Source: Tubiluchus corallicola
Taxonomy: Eukaryota > Animalia > Priapulida
NCBI GenBank assembly: GCA_030141605.1
Contig: JAQGDQ010002368.1
Span: 930,001-994,000, forward strand
Direction: 5' to 3'
DNA: 64,000 nucleotides
Shown: positions 13,009 through 24,460 of the stretch, piece by piece
Position numbering within the stretch: the first letter of the stretch is position 1
Layout of the letters: each line of letters opens with the position of its first letter
Position numbers and translations under genes: made by a program
The notes under the pieces: model-generated
Databases searched by the model: none
The model's input: only the letters and a program-made list of their open reading frames with translations
Told to the model about the DNA's origin: nothing

Positions 13009-16000
13009 ATGGGGAAACATGGTATGAAAGCAAAAGCAAGGAAGCCAAAAAGACTGCACAGAAAAGGTGGGTATAATTACAGTAATTCATTCAGTTTCTT
13101 TAGTGCAGCATGATTATGGTTTAAACGAAAAACTTCTGATATGACTGTAAACTCATTAAAAAAAGAGAAGATTTAAGAGCTGTAACAGCCTTTAGGCATG
13201 GAAAGTTAATCATTTAGTCATCTGTCATCAGCTAGTCTAAGTCATTAGTCATTTTTATTTGATTTGTCAACCATTTCCAATACAATCCAAGTATAAAAAA
13301 GTATTTGTGGGAAAATGCAGTTTGTCTTGATTGATGATCTAGTCAGTACTGCATTGTAACATACCCCGACACATCGTCTCCCTTCATTACATTGCATTTC
13401 AATACAGTATACTGCATTTAACTGCACTACACTACTCTACAGTGACTACGCTACACCTCACTATGCTATTCTACGATAAACTGCAGTGCACTACACTACA
13501 CTACACTACATTCTTTATGAATATGGCTTAAATGTATATGGTTTTTCATGTGCTTTGGCACACTGTAAGCTGAAATCCAGGATTCAAAAAGTGAATCTAC
13601 TCAACAATGTGTTTATGGCATAACTAGAGCCTAGCTCGCTGTCAAAGATATCCTGTAAATTCTGAGTGACAAACCCAAACCAAGCTAATATCAACACACA
13701 TTACTTTCATAAATGGCAAATGCCTGTCCACTCAACCACGAACCTGGTCATCTAATGTCATTTTGTATGCTACATAGGTTCACAGAGGCCTGATGAAGAA
13801 AGCAATGCAAGACAACACAAGAAAACAACCAAAAAGTCCAAACAGAAGTTTGGAGTGAATGCATTACTAGAAAAAGTTTGTACTGTTTTAATTTTGAAGT
13901 CTTTCTTAATTTGCAGCCATCCTGTTACTGGCCATCCATGCTTTTTATTCATTTTAATTTTATGCGTGTTTCTGTCAAACGTTTTGAGTGCCCCTGTACA
14001 TTGTTATAGTGGGCACCTTTACAGAAATGGTCAATTTTTTTAAGAGCGAAATGCATTTATTAGTCTTTCAACTGCTTGCAAAAAGGTACCATAGCTACAC
14101 ATTCTGGTGCAATAAACAAGTATTTGACTGCACAAATGCACGTGCGAGTTTAGCTATAAGCTGTAGATGACTGAAGCATAATGTCTCTAAGCCTGAATAT
14201 ACCTCTACGGAGAAGAGTGGTCTCCAAAAAATATACGTTTTGATAAGAAGTGCTAGTTCACTGAGGTGCTTCTAGTAGCAAGTCAGTGAAGTCACTTAAT
14301 TATTATTAGTTCAGTAAATCTCAGTTTTCTCCTAGAGCACGAGAACTAATTTTGTCTTTTCTCTTGGATGTAATGTATTAATAAAAGACGACCTTAAAAA
14401 TACTTAGCAGCAAATTTCTATTTGGTAATTAGTTGGTAAAGTAGTAAATTTTGTTGCTTTACCTTTATCAATCCATATAGTTCATGTAAGTGTAAATAAC
14501 ATTGTTTATTAGTTTCAATTTCTAAAATTCATTTTCAATTTATGGTTCAAACAAAATTTTGAGATGTCTTCTGATTATTTTATTTTAGGCACGTGAATGT
14601 CTCGACAGATTTGACATTGAAGTGGCACAGAAATTTTGTCATAGAGCTTTGGAAATAGAACCTGACAATTTAAAAGTATTGGAAACTACATCAAGCCTTC
14701 TTTTAGAAACTGGAGATGTGGATGCCGCATTACAGGTAAAAGTGCTGTAATTAGCAAGACTTAGATTTATAAATTCTACAGCTTTGATGGATTAGACATT
14801 GTTGCATCAGAGATCACACATTTTGCTTTAATAAATAACTATAGTGTTGTAATACAGTGATCACTGTAGTGTATTCTCTTGCCAGACAAATTGCTTTTTG
14901 TGCTCATAATTATTGAATGTGGCCTTCCAATTGTTAGTACACTCATTCTTATCGTGTATTGTGCATAAAACTAGTCTACTACGTGCAGATACTTGGAATA
15001 TACTTCACCAATTGTTTTTTAATACAGGTCTCCCAAATAAGGCACTGATTAGTAATGAGAGAGGTGTTTTGATTTTATTATAGCATGAATACGGACAAAT
15101 GTTTTTTTTGTTTGCACACTGAATTGTCACCAAATGCCTTTGCAATTAATCACGACTTTTTCAGAAAGAAACAATCTTGCTTTACTTGCAGTTTTTGAAT
15201 ATGCTTCTACAATCAGTGAAAAACATTTTCTAAAAGTACATTTGTGCCATTTTTAACAATATCTTTAACTTGTAAACTAGCTGATTGTGCTGTTTCCTTT
15301 ACATAAAATTACCTTGTTCTTCTCATTAGTATTTAAATCGGGCAGTCAGTCTCTCACCCGATGAAGGCCATACAAAGTTTCTGTGTCTTGGGCAAGTTCT
15401 TAAAGGACAGGAAGCTGTTAAGTGCTATCAAAAAGCCATTGATATCATGTTGTCTGAGAGGTCAGCTGATTCTGAAAATAAGGTATGGTACCTATTCTTA
15501 GCAGCAGTATTTGGGCACTCATCAGGCTAGTAACTTAGTAACTTAGCTTAGATCTGTGTCTTCAGAACTTCAGAATCAACTCTGTGTCTCTAGGTTGCAG
15601 TAAAGCAGACTACAGAGTTATTTTTTAGTTGCCCACTTGAGTAGTTATTATTTACTTTGATTACATGTCATTGTTGTACATGTGTCTTAATTTTGAAATT
15701 GTTTTGTTTCCTTTTGCTTTTATTTGATATAAATTGCATTAATTTTGTATTTTTAATAGTTGCCATATGATTTGTTTTCTCCACTCTTATTCTCATTTTT
15801 CTAACAGCAATGTCTGCCTGCCCTGTATTTTTTTAAGTAGAGATATGACCTTTGAAATTGTTATACGTTGTTATGACGTGATTTTCTTATAAAGGCAAAT
15901 AAACATTTCTGATTTTTTACTCATAGACAATATTTCGCTCATAAGCCTCTTGCTAAATCATCTTGTGATTGTGATTGCCACTGCACTGAATCAAAAATGA

Positions 16001-19000
16001 GAAATCTAGTGGACTATTTGTGAAAGTCGTATAACAGCACAGGAAAGAGTGACAAAGCACTATTACTGTTAAGTAGCACTTGGGTAGTAAATAAATAGCT
16101 TTGTTTGGGTTTATATCATTTTTTAATTTAGCTATTTAAACACTACTTTTTCCAGACAGAAGCAGATGGTGCAATTGGCGTTGAGGATGTCTCCAGTTTC
16201 CCATCGTTAACTGAAATCTCTTCTGCATATTGTTCTGTTGCAGAAATATACATGACTGATTGTTGGTGAGCAAAATTTCTTTTGCCTTGGGGTCTTTACT
16301 TACAGATCTGATGAAGGAAGTATAACTCAAAATTGGTGTGATTATAAACATTACCCTCCTGTAAAGCCTGTAATTCAATAATATAGGTTTCCTGTTTTTT
16401 TTGTAAAAAATGGCAAAAACCAAAATCCTATTCATTAGATATTGAAACATGGGATTTTTAAATACTAGTTCTAGTTGTCTGCCAAATTTTAGCTAACTAC
16501 ATTTTTGCAAATGGTGTTGCTGAGCTGTATGATTATAATTTGAATAGAAAGAGCATTTGCACAACTTTGGTCTTATGAGTTTATGTATGTAACTTAGGAA
16601 AGTTGAAATTTTATGGAATACGAAATATTGTTTGTTTGCCCATTTTATCCAGTCACCTTTTGAAGTTCATATTATGTCTTATCTTATCATTCTTGAAGGC
16701 TTCAATATCTGATTTACAGTTTTGAAGAAAATGCAGAGCATCTTTGTAAAGGTTATATAGAAAAAGCCATAGAAACTGATCCAGGCAATCCAGAAGCTCA
16801 TCATTTAAAAGCAAGCTTTCTTACTACTATAGGTAACCGTGAGGTAATATTTTTTAAACTTCATTATGAGACAAAAGTATAACATTTTGCTCTATTGATT
16901 TAGTTTTCACTATACACTACCTTAGTAATGAATAATGAACTGAGTAAAAAAATGCAAAAAGTCTGAATAAGAAAATTAGTCTTACATGTCGACGACATTA
17001 TCACTTTTAATAATTGTCATACTTTGCTATTTACTGTCATGTAAATATTATGTTTATTGATATTATCCTTACTTATTTATCTGCTGTTTTCCTGCTGTCA
17101 AACTGGTTAAAACACTAAAAAATGAACAAAAAGACCCAAAGACATTTTTCTTGCAATGGATTATTCGATTCCAAATAACACTAATATGTTAAAATTCAGT
17201 TTGTGCAGTTTGTTATGCTTTGAGGAATGCAGTTTTAACATCTTACTTCCATGTTAAGAAAAAACAGTGTGTTGTTTTTACGTACAAGAAGTTGATGTTT
17301 GAATACTTTTAGCAACATTTCTTTTCTAACTTCCCAGATAGAGGTTATTTTTGCTTCAGTATTTAATGGATTACACAACAATAATTACCGAATCTCACAA
17401 TTTACTTTTTTGGAGATTTATTGCTTGAAGAGAAATATATGAGCTTCTAATGTGTGTTTTTTACAGGAAGCCAAAGAATCTGCCGAGAAGGGTTTATCTC
17501 TCTGGCTTCCAAACCTCCAAGCTGTTCAGCAAGGGCATCTTGAAAGTGACTCCAAAGTCGACCTTGTTGAGGTATCAACTTTTGTTGACATTATTGGTCG
17601 TATTGTGGTATACACATTGACACCAGTGATGTAGTCAAGTCTTTCGGTACCAGTCCAAGTTGAGTTTCAAGTCCTTGGGGCTCAAGTCCAAGTCAAGTCT
17701 CAAATCACTGTGACCAGCATTCAACTCAAGTCTTGAGTCTTATTGCCCAAGTTATTGTGTCTGTGTCTGAGCTGGGTCCTAGGTTATGTTCATGTTGTCA
17801 TGTACATCTTTAAATAGAGTTTCAAGATAAAATATTCTAAGGTTTAATCAATTTTCAAACTCCTGATTAATAATAATAAATTGTTATTTTTGGTGTTATT
17901 TTGCTTATTACTGCACTAAATTTATTGAGTAATATTGATTATTGAATTTTGCTTACAAATGGTTTTACATTTTAATAGCAATTTTGCAGTGGTGTTATAG
18001 TGAGTATTTATAACATAAAAATTATATTATAATCAGTAGTACTAATTACAATGTACAGGCAGTTAGTCAAGTTTCTTATTACATTTAAGAAACACTATGT
18101 CAATTAGGTTCTTATCTGACAAGCTTAGCTCTGTGGTCTTACTAACAAGCCACTCTGACTGAAGACTCGCACATGTAACAGATATCCTAGTAGCTGGGTA
18201 TCTATACACTGATTAGCCAGTTTAAAAAGCCTGGCACTAAAAAAACTGACGTAATGTTTCTGATGTTGTGTCAAGTGTACATTTAATGTTGTAATAACAG
18301 GAAAGTTTTTAACTGAGCGTAGATGTGACCACAACGGTGACCCTAGAGAGTTCAAGAACTCCACTTAGGTATAAAATATAAACATGACAATAGGCAACAA
18401 ACACTGTTCGAGTGCCAGAATTGAAATGCTTTGTTAAAGGAAGACAGGATGATTTTTCATATACTACCACATTTTCAAGTCCGATAAAAAATATACATTT
18501 TAACACAATTAGTGCTGCAAAAGCATTTCTGTTAATTAAATAATAGATTAAAAACTTAGTTAATGGCGTGCGAGCACAACTATTGATGACATCACAAACT
18601 AACATCATTTTCAACAGCAAAAAATATTCCACGAGCACGTTGCACGTGTTTGCAAAAGCGAAAACTGAGGCACAGTACTCCACTCAGTTAAAATCTCTTC
18701 GAACAATGTAACTACAAGTAAAGGCTTTGTACCTTGTCCTATTTGAGGCTCCCTAGACTACCAATTTGTTAACCTCGGTGATTTAACACTTTTTCAGCAA
18801 AAAATTTGGCCCTTTAATAAAAAAGTAACTCGTTATCCTAATAAAAAACAATTTGTTAAAACTAAATAGGTTTAAAAATGTTTGATTACTTAAAAATTAT
18901 AAATTTTTATTGTTTGATGTATAATTTTTAGCAGCTGCAGCATGATCTTTGCTGGAAATTTTATGAAAATTATGAAGTGTTAAAGCATTTGGTAAACAGT

Positions 19001-20165
19001 AGGCCGGGGCTAAGAAGTGCAGGGCCAAATTAGAAAATTATTAGTGGAGCTGTTTGCCCCACTAATGATGCAGAACAATATAAACAGTTTGGACATATTT
19101 AACAAAACAAACTATATTCCAAGCGTTATGTTATATAACCTCATTAACAGCACTGTTTATGTTTTGAGTGTTTGAATATCATCATCAAATTAGCAAAATT
19201 AAAATCCAATGACAATCTAACTAATGCATATAGGGTTTTTACCATTTACTTTTTTAAAAGGTAAATTGCAAGAATAAACTGAAATTATAAAACAAATGAA
19301 CAAACAATCAGCAAAAAACATTGTAATATAGGTGATATGTGAGGAAAGACTGAATAGTTTCACTCCTTCACAGTATCAAGAAACTTCATGCACATTGGAC
19401 ACTCATTAATTCATCATAGCATCCTCCACTCGGGCGTGTGCACAGGGCCCCCTTTTGGCGCAGAGCCCATTTTGAACAAATGTGTCTATTTGACTTAAAA
19501 CCAGTCTTGATAAACAGTTATTCAAAGTGGTTACTTCTAATAAAAAAGATTATTGCTAACGTGAATGGATCTAACAAATGCATTTTAGTTTTACACAACC
19601 TTGTTTAGTGACTGCAGAACTTCAATGAATCTGAAAGTTTTAATCACATGTTATGTTATTGCCATCTCTTATAGAAAACTATTGCTTTAATGCCATTTTG
19701 ATAAAACTACTGTAATAAAATTTGTTAATATTTAGGTTTGTTCACTCAGCATTCAGAGCAGGATAGCAATATCTCAGCTACTCATTGAACTAGAAGAATA
19801 TGATGTAAGTTTTTTCTGAAATGCTTTTATCTACATGCCTAATTATGATATAAGTAAAACAAAGTTTTCTTTATTGTAAATAAAAACAATGTAATTAACT
19901 AAGCTTTTTAATTTCAGAAAGCAAATGAAGTCTTAGATCTTCTTGTTGATGAAGATGATGAAATTGCAATCGTAAGTTTTGATTTTAATTTTCTTGTTCG
20001 TAGATTGGACCAGTTACTTTTGTTTGTCATTTAGATTATCACAACTTTTTAAAAGAAATATGCATTTTTTCTGTGCAGGTTTGGTATTTACTGGGTTGGC
20101 TGAATTACTTGAAAGGTTCTGACTATTATGGAAATGCAAAATTTTATTTAAATAAGGCAAAAAAG
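13009..20165 (+). CDS. ACL4: TPR protein of the ACL4 family (probable assembly chaperone of Rpl4); ten exons, 335 codons, terminal exon not found
   Basis: Exons 13009-13066, 13778-13875, 14589-14735, 15330-15482, 16156-16265, 16720-16843, 17467-17571, 19736-19804, 19918-19971, 20079-20165, all GT-AG and in phase. Motifs AQKFCHRALEIEPDN, PDEGHTKFLCLGQ, SAYCSVAEIYMTDCCFEENAE, NPEAHHLKAS, LSLWLP, RIAISQLLIELEEYD, LVDEDDE...WYLLGWLNYL resemble ACL4 homologues as I recall them. Confidence 0.88.
13385..13510. repeat. Degenerate pentanucleotide tract, (CTACA)n-like
   Basis: CACTACACTACACTACACTACA and variants. Confidence 0.7.
17623..18364 (-). mobile_element. Possible decayed hAT element end with a transposase C-terminal remnant
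   Basis: Begins CAGTGATG with CAAGTC subterminal repeats at 17623-17750. The minus-strand translation LW.....FP.I..L...FFSA.LF loosely resembles the hAT dimerisation domain. Confidence 0.3.
19000..19509. mobile_element. hAT-type MITE, degenerate
   Basis: Ends TAGGCCGGGGCTAAG / CTTAAAACCAGTCTTG; flanking 8-mers GTAAACAG / ATAAACAG (7 of 8 match). Confidence 0.6.
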
Positions 20166-21865
20166 GTAAGTAACACATTGTTAATGTTATGCTGGCACAT
20201 TACATAGTGTAGCATGTAAATTTTATGCTGGCAGATTACATAGTGTAGCAATCATAGCAGTTATATAAGAGCATGCAATGTTATATAACTGCATAAACTA
20301 GTGATCTTGAAACTTTGAAACTGGTCCAAATGTCAGTGGAAATGTCAGCAAAATATTGTAAAAATTTTTTAACAACTTTATCATTTGCCTCCACCTTTTA
20401 CTGGTATACCTATGTGTGTCATGTAATTTGTTGGAAATATGAAAAGCCATGGTTTTACTTTTTTGGTTTATTCCCTAATGTATGGAAAAATTGAGTAGTC
20501 TGCCAGCAAAAATGGGATGATAATAACAATTTTTGCTGGACAGTAAAGGTTGTAAAACAGTTGGTTTGGTGTCAGCATACTTACCAGTCACTCTTCATGA
20601 TCAGATTTTTAATATCAGTATATCATTTTCCTAAAATTAATGTGCACAGCTAGGAGTCACTCAACATTGGAAACAGTTTGAGAAACTTACAGCATGTTTT
20701 ATCTTTTCTTTGTACATTATTGTGGGCATTTTCTTTGAAATTTGTGTGATTTCATTATCAAAACTATGATTTTAACTGTCAAATTTTTCTTAAACTGTTG
20801 TTGACCTTTGGCACAAGGTGATTTGCAGGCAAAACTACAGACAAATGTGTTACAAAGAAACATCTCCTCATTTTTTCAACTTCATTTATGTACAAGATAA
20901 CAGTCAGAAATAAAAGGATCATTCAAAATAGGTGACATGTGAAAAGCTGTTTACAAACATTTTTAACAGACAATTTGTAACAGATGCATTATGGGATTCC
21001 CCACTATTCAGTTAGCTCATGTCGAGTAAAAATAAATAACTACATGCATGCAATACTTTGCATGTCCTGACTTTCTAGCTTATTCATATATATTTTAGTA
21101 AAGTTAAAGGAAGTTACTTGAAAATGATACATTGTGAAGCGTCACAGCCTGCTAATGCCCTATATGAGTGGCTCATTTAGAATAAGTAAGGTGCCATTTC
21201 TGTAGAAAAATGGAAACATAGTCCCACAAATGGGAAAAATTGAGCAGTATAATAATGCAAGGCAGTTATCATTATGCAAGACAACTGTCATATTCATATG
21301 ACTATATGCTTTGCTGAAACAAACATTGTAAAATAGACAATTAAATAATTTTAGCTTGTGAAGATCATCAACTGCCTTAACATTGTTTGACCAATGTTAG
21401 CAAAAATGGTAGTATTAAAAACTCATATACAGCAACAAGTAAAAGCATTGCCATATTGGCTACATACCTCGTTAGGATCATGCTTGTTTTATTAGGCCAC
21501 AAGTCGATAAACATTTATATGTTCATTTACAAGTACATTAAATGCACTTGAGTGGTTCACTTTAAACCTCAAATGTAACACCAGTTCATGTTCTTGTCTA
21601 CTGTGTTACCTGTCAATTATTTTGCCCATTATGGTATCTGTTATGGAAGTTTTAAAAGACTCCACATCTTATCTATTATTATAAGAAATTTTTGAACATT
21701 CATTGCTTCATAAGCGTGATAACACTTTCTGCACCACATTACCTGTCTATAAAATAACAGAACACTACTCACAATACAACAGTATTATTTACAAACAAAT
21801 TTACACTTTGTCTTTTATAAAAAGACACTAACTTCACAATAATACCAAACAGTCTAAATGCAGCA

Positions 21866-24460
21866 TTATACCGAGGTGACAATTGCTGTTGTTTCCGAGT
21901 TATCTAAGTGCTTCTTTGTTTCACTAGAGTGGATGGGTGGTGGTGGTGGGGGAGGAACAACAGACATAAAATCTCTTTCTTTTTTACTAACTGTCCTGCT
22001 TTTTAGCACGCACACATAAGCACACAGAATGATTACTAAAACGGCACACATTCCCAATGAACTTGCTAGTATTATGATGATTAAGAAATGCTCATTTTCT
22101 ATTCCTGTGCACACAGAAGCACTGTGATCACTGTTCTTTTTATCACTATTGGGAGTGTCTGTTTCAAAATGCTTGTTGTCATAGAAACCATTGTTCATTG
22201 AACTAGTGCACACAAATGACGACGGCTGTAAGCACATAATACACTTATTCATTAAATATGGCGGTCCATAACACGTGATACTGTTTAGTTCATCTATATC
22301 AGCAAGGCTGCTGCGCGATTTATTTTTCCACAACTCTAACCATTCACGCAACCATTTTATTTGACAGTCACAAATCCAAGGGTTCTTATTTATCCTTAAA
22401 GTCTTGATGCCAAGTGCATGTGTTTTTGTCAGCACATCTGTGTCCATGCGCATAATCCGATTATGGCTGAGATCTAACCAGCTCAACATCTGCAGTTTTT
22501 TAAACAGCTGACCTTTAATAGTAGAAATATTGTTATAGCCAAGATCGAGCTGTTGTAATGTTGGAATGTCATTAAATGCACTGTCTGCTATATCTGTTAT
22601 TGTGTTATTTGCTAGCGATAAATGTCTGAAAGACTTCATGATCTGAAAACTACCATTTTCAATAACTTTTATCTGGTTGTGACTGATATTTATCACAATA
22701 ACTTCGCTCAAGTTATAAAAACTATTCACTTGTATGTCGCTAATGTTGTTGTGAGATAAATCAAGGCTCTGTAAACTAGATAAATTCGAAAAAGTCCATG
22801 CTTGAATCTTTTCTATGCGGTTGAAAGATAAATTAATAGCTGTTATAGAACTAGTAAATGGTCCACCTTGAAATGCCATTGGGTCAACAGTGCTGATATT
22901 GTTTCCTTCGAGGTGAATGTTCAGCAAACTCTTCATATTACAGAAAGAGTTATCTGGCAATCGGTATACGTTGTTGTTTTCCATCTGAAGGCTTTGCAAA
23001 GCGGTCATATTTATAAAAGCTTCTTTTGGGAAAATACTAATGTGATTATTTCTAAGTACAAGGTGCTGAAGACTCTTTTCAACCCCAAGGAAGGCTTTTG
23101 AGCTGATGTGATCGATTTTATTATTGCCTAAAGTGAGTATCCTTAGTGAACGGAGAGTAAAAAATGATTCGTCTGGTATCCATCGTATCTGATTATCTTG
23201 TAGAGATAAGCTCCATAAATTAGTAAATCCATAGAGTGCTGATACTGGAATTTCTGTCAGCAAGTTTCCTTCCAAGTTAAGCGTTCCTGGGTTTTCTTTA
23301 AATTCCTCTAAGCTATTGGGTGGAATGTTGATATTTTGTATTTCATTGTTACCTAAATTAAGCACATGCAGTGATCTTAAGTTAGCTATTACTGTATACG
23401 GAAATTGACTAATACGGTTACGTGAGAGATGTAGATAGACGAGGCTGTCTTCCAGCCCATTTAGTGCCCCATCAGATATGTTACTGATTTCATTAGCATC
23501 CAAGTTTAGGTTCATTAGATTGGGAAGATTGCGAAAACTGTCATTAGGTATGGATGTTATTTCGTTCGCCCCCAGTACTAAATACTGCAGTTGGTACATA
23601 TTGAGTGCTTCTTTTGGTATCTCTTTTAACTTGTTACTGTGCAGATATAGCAATGTAACATTATCTAGACCGGAAAAGCCATGCTCTTCTATTGTGGTTA
23701 CCTGATTATAAGCAATGTTGAGATGCTCTAATTCAATGAGGCTGCTAAATGCTTGGTTTTGGATGGTTGTAATGTAATTATGAGATAACTTGAGTATAGC
23801 AAGTCTGTCTAAATGGCAAAATGCATTCGAAGTGATGTTCATTAGGTTATTGTTCCGTAAATCTAACTCTTGCAGTGCATCTAACCCTTTAAAGGCATTG
23901 TGAGCTATGCTGTTTATGGAATTTGAATTTAATTTGAGCTGTGTCATTGACGGCAAAGAACTAAATGCATAATTGTGGAGCTTCGTGATCATGTTGTAAC
24001 CAAGGTCTAGTTTTTTCAGATTGTGCAAACCTTCGAATACTGCAGATGGAACTTGCGCCATGTTGTTTTCTTTCAGTATCAGCTCTAATAAATAGTCTCT
24101 AGATTCTAAAAATGCTTCTGCTGCAATCGTTTCCAAGTTGTTATTTACAATGTGAAGCTCCTTTATTTTGAGGTGGGAAAGTGTTGGCTGAGGAATAGTG
24201 CTGATTTGATTGTACTCTATCACTAGTTTGGTGATGAAATTATCTTTGTTTACACTTTGCAGTGCTTCGTCGATGCTTTCCAAATTGCTGTTTTCACAGT
24301 GGATGTTAAGTGGATTGGTGCTGGTGCACCAACAAACACTCGTCTTCCTTGTCTCCAGAGGACACAGTTGTGTAGATACCTGGTTTATTAAAGAACAACC
24401 AACGTATGCATGAAGAAGTTGATAAAACAGCCATAGCAATTTTTCCTGCTTCCCAGCCAT
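21866..24460 (-). CDS. Single-pass extracellular leucine-rich-repeat membrane protein (864 aa from Met at 24460): LRRNT, more than 20 LRRs, LRRCT, TM helix, polyproline tail, C-terminal TSV
   Basis: Uninterrupted ORF with CP...CWC...IHC cap, repeated LxxLxLxxNxI units, NPWICDCQIKWL...C..P LRRCT, hydrophobic FLIIIILASSLGMCAVLVIILCAYVCVL, PPPPPPP and VTSV*. The ORF-track start at 24502 runs through a polypyrimidine tract and acceptor (TTTTTGCAG|ACAATG at 24464/24463). Confidence 0.93.
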   Translation of the reverse strand: MAGKQEKLLWLFYQLLHAYVGCSLINQVSTQLCPLETRKTSVCWCTSTNPLNIHCENSNLESIDEALQSVNKDNFITKLVIEYNQISTIPQPTLSHLKIKELHIVNNNLETIAAEAFLESRDYLLELILKENNMAQVPSAVFEGLHNLKKLDLGYNMITKLHNYAFSSLPSMTQLKLNSNSINSIAHNAFKGLDALQELDLRNNNLMNITSNAFCHLDRLAILKLSHNYITTIQNQAFSSLIELEHLNIAYNQVTTIEEHGFSGLDNVTLLYLHSNKLKEIPKEALNMYQLQYLVLGANEITSIPNDSFRNLPNLMNLNLDANEISNISDGALNGLEDSLVYLHLSRNRISQFPYTVIANLRSLHVLNLGNNEIQNINIPPNSLEEFKENPGTLNLEGNLLTEIPVSALYGFTNLWSLSLQDNQIRWIPDESFFTLRSLRILTLGNNKIDHISSKAFLGVEKSLQHLVLRNNHISIFPKEAFINMTALQSLQMENNNVYRLPDNSFCNMKSLLNIHLEGNNISTVDPMAFQGGPFTSSITAINLSFNRIEKIQAWTFSNLSSLQSLDLSHNNISDIQVNSFYNLSEVIVINISHNQIKVIENGSFQIMKSFRHLSLANNTITDIADSAFNDIPTLQQLDLGYNNISTIKGQLFKKLQMLSWLDLSHNRIMRMDTDVLTKTHALGIKTLRINKNPWICDCQIKWLREWLELWKNKSRSSLADIDELNSITCYGPPYLMNKCIMCLQPSSFVCTSSMNNGFYDNKHFETDTPNSDKKNSDHSASVCTGIENEHFLIIIILASSLGMCAVLVIILCAYVCVLKSRTVSKKERDFMSVVPPPPPPPIHSSETKKHLDNSETTAIVTSV

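Noticed and set aside
20818-21400. Candidate ACL4 terminal exons after AG sites at about 20817, 20828, 21078, 21205 and 21354
   Set aside because: Phase-0 translations are short and lack the expected cysteine/acidic C-terminal character; one could still serve as a non-homologous terminal exon.
22868-24413. Short plus-strand ORFs opposite the LRR gene
   Set aside because: Antisense shadows of the LRR coding sequence.
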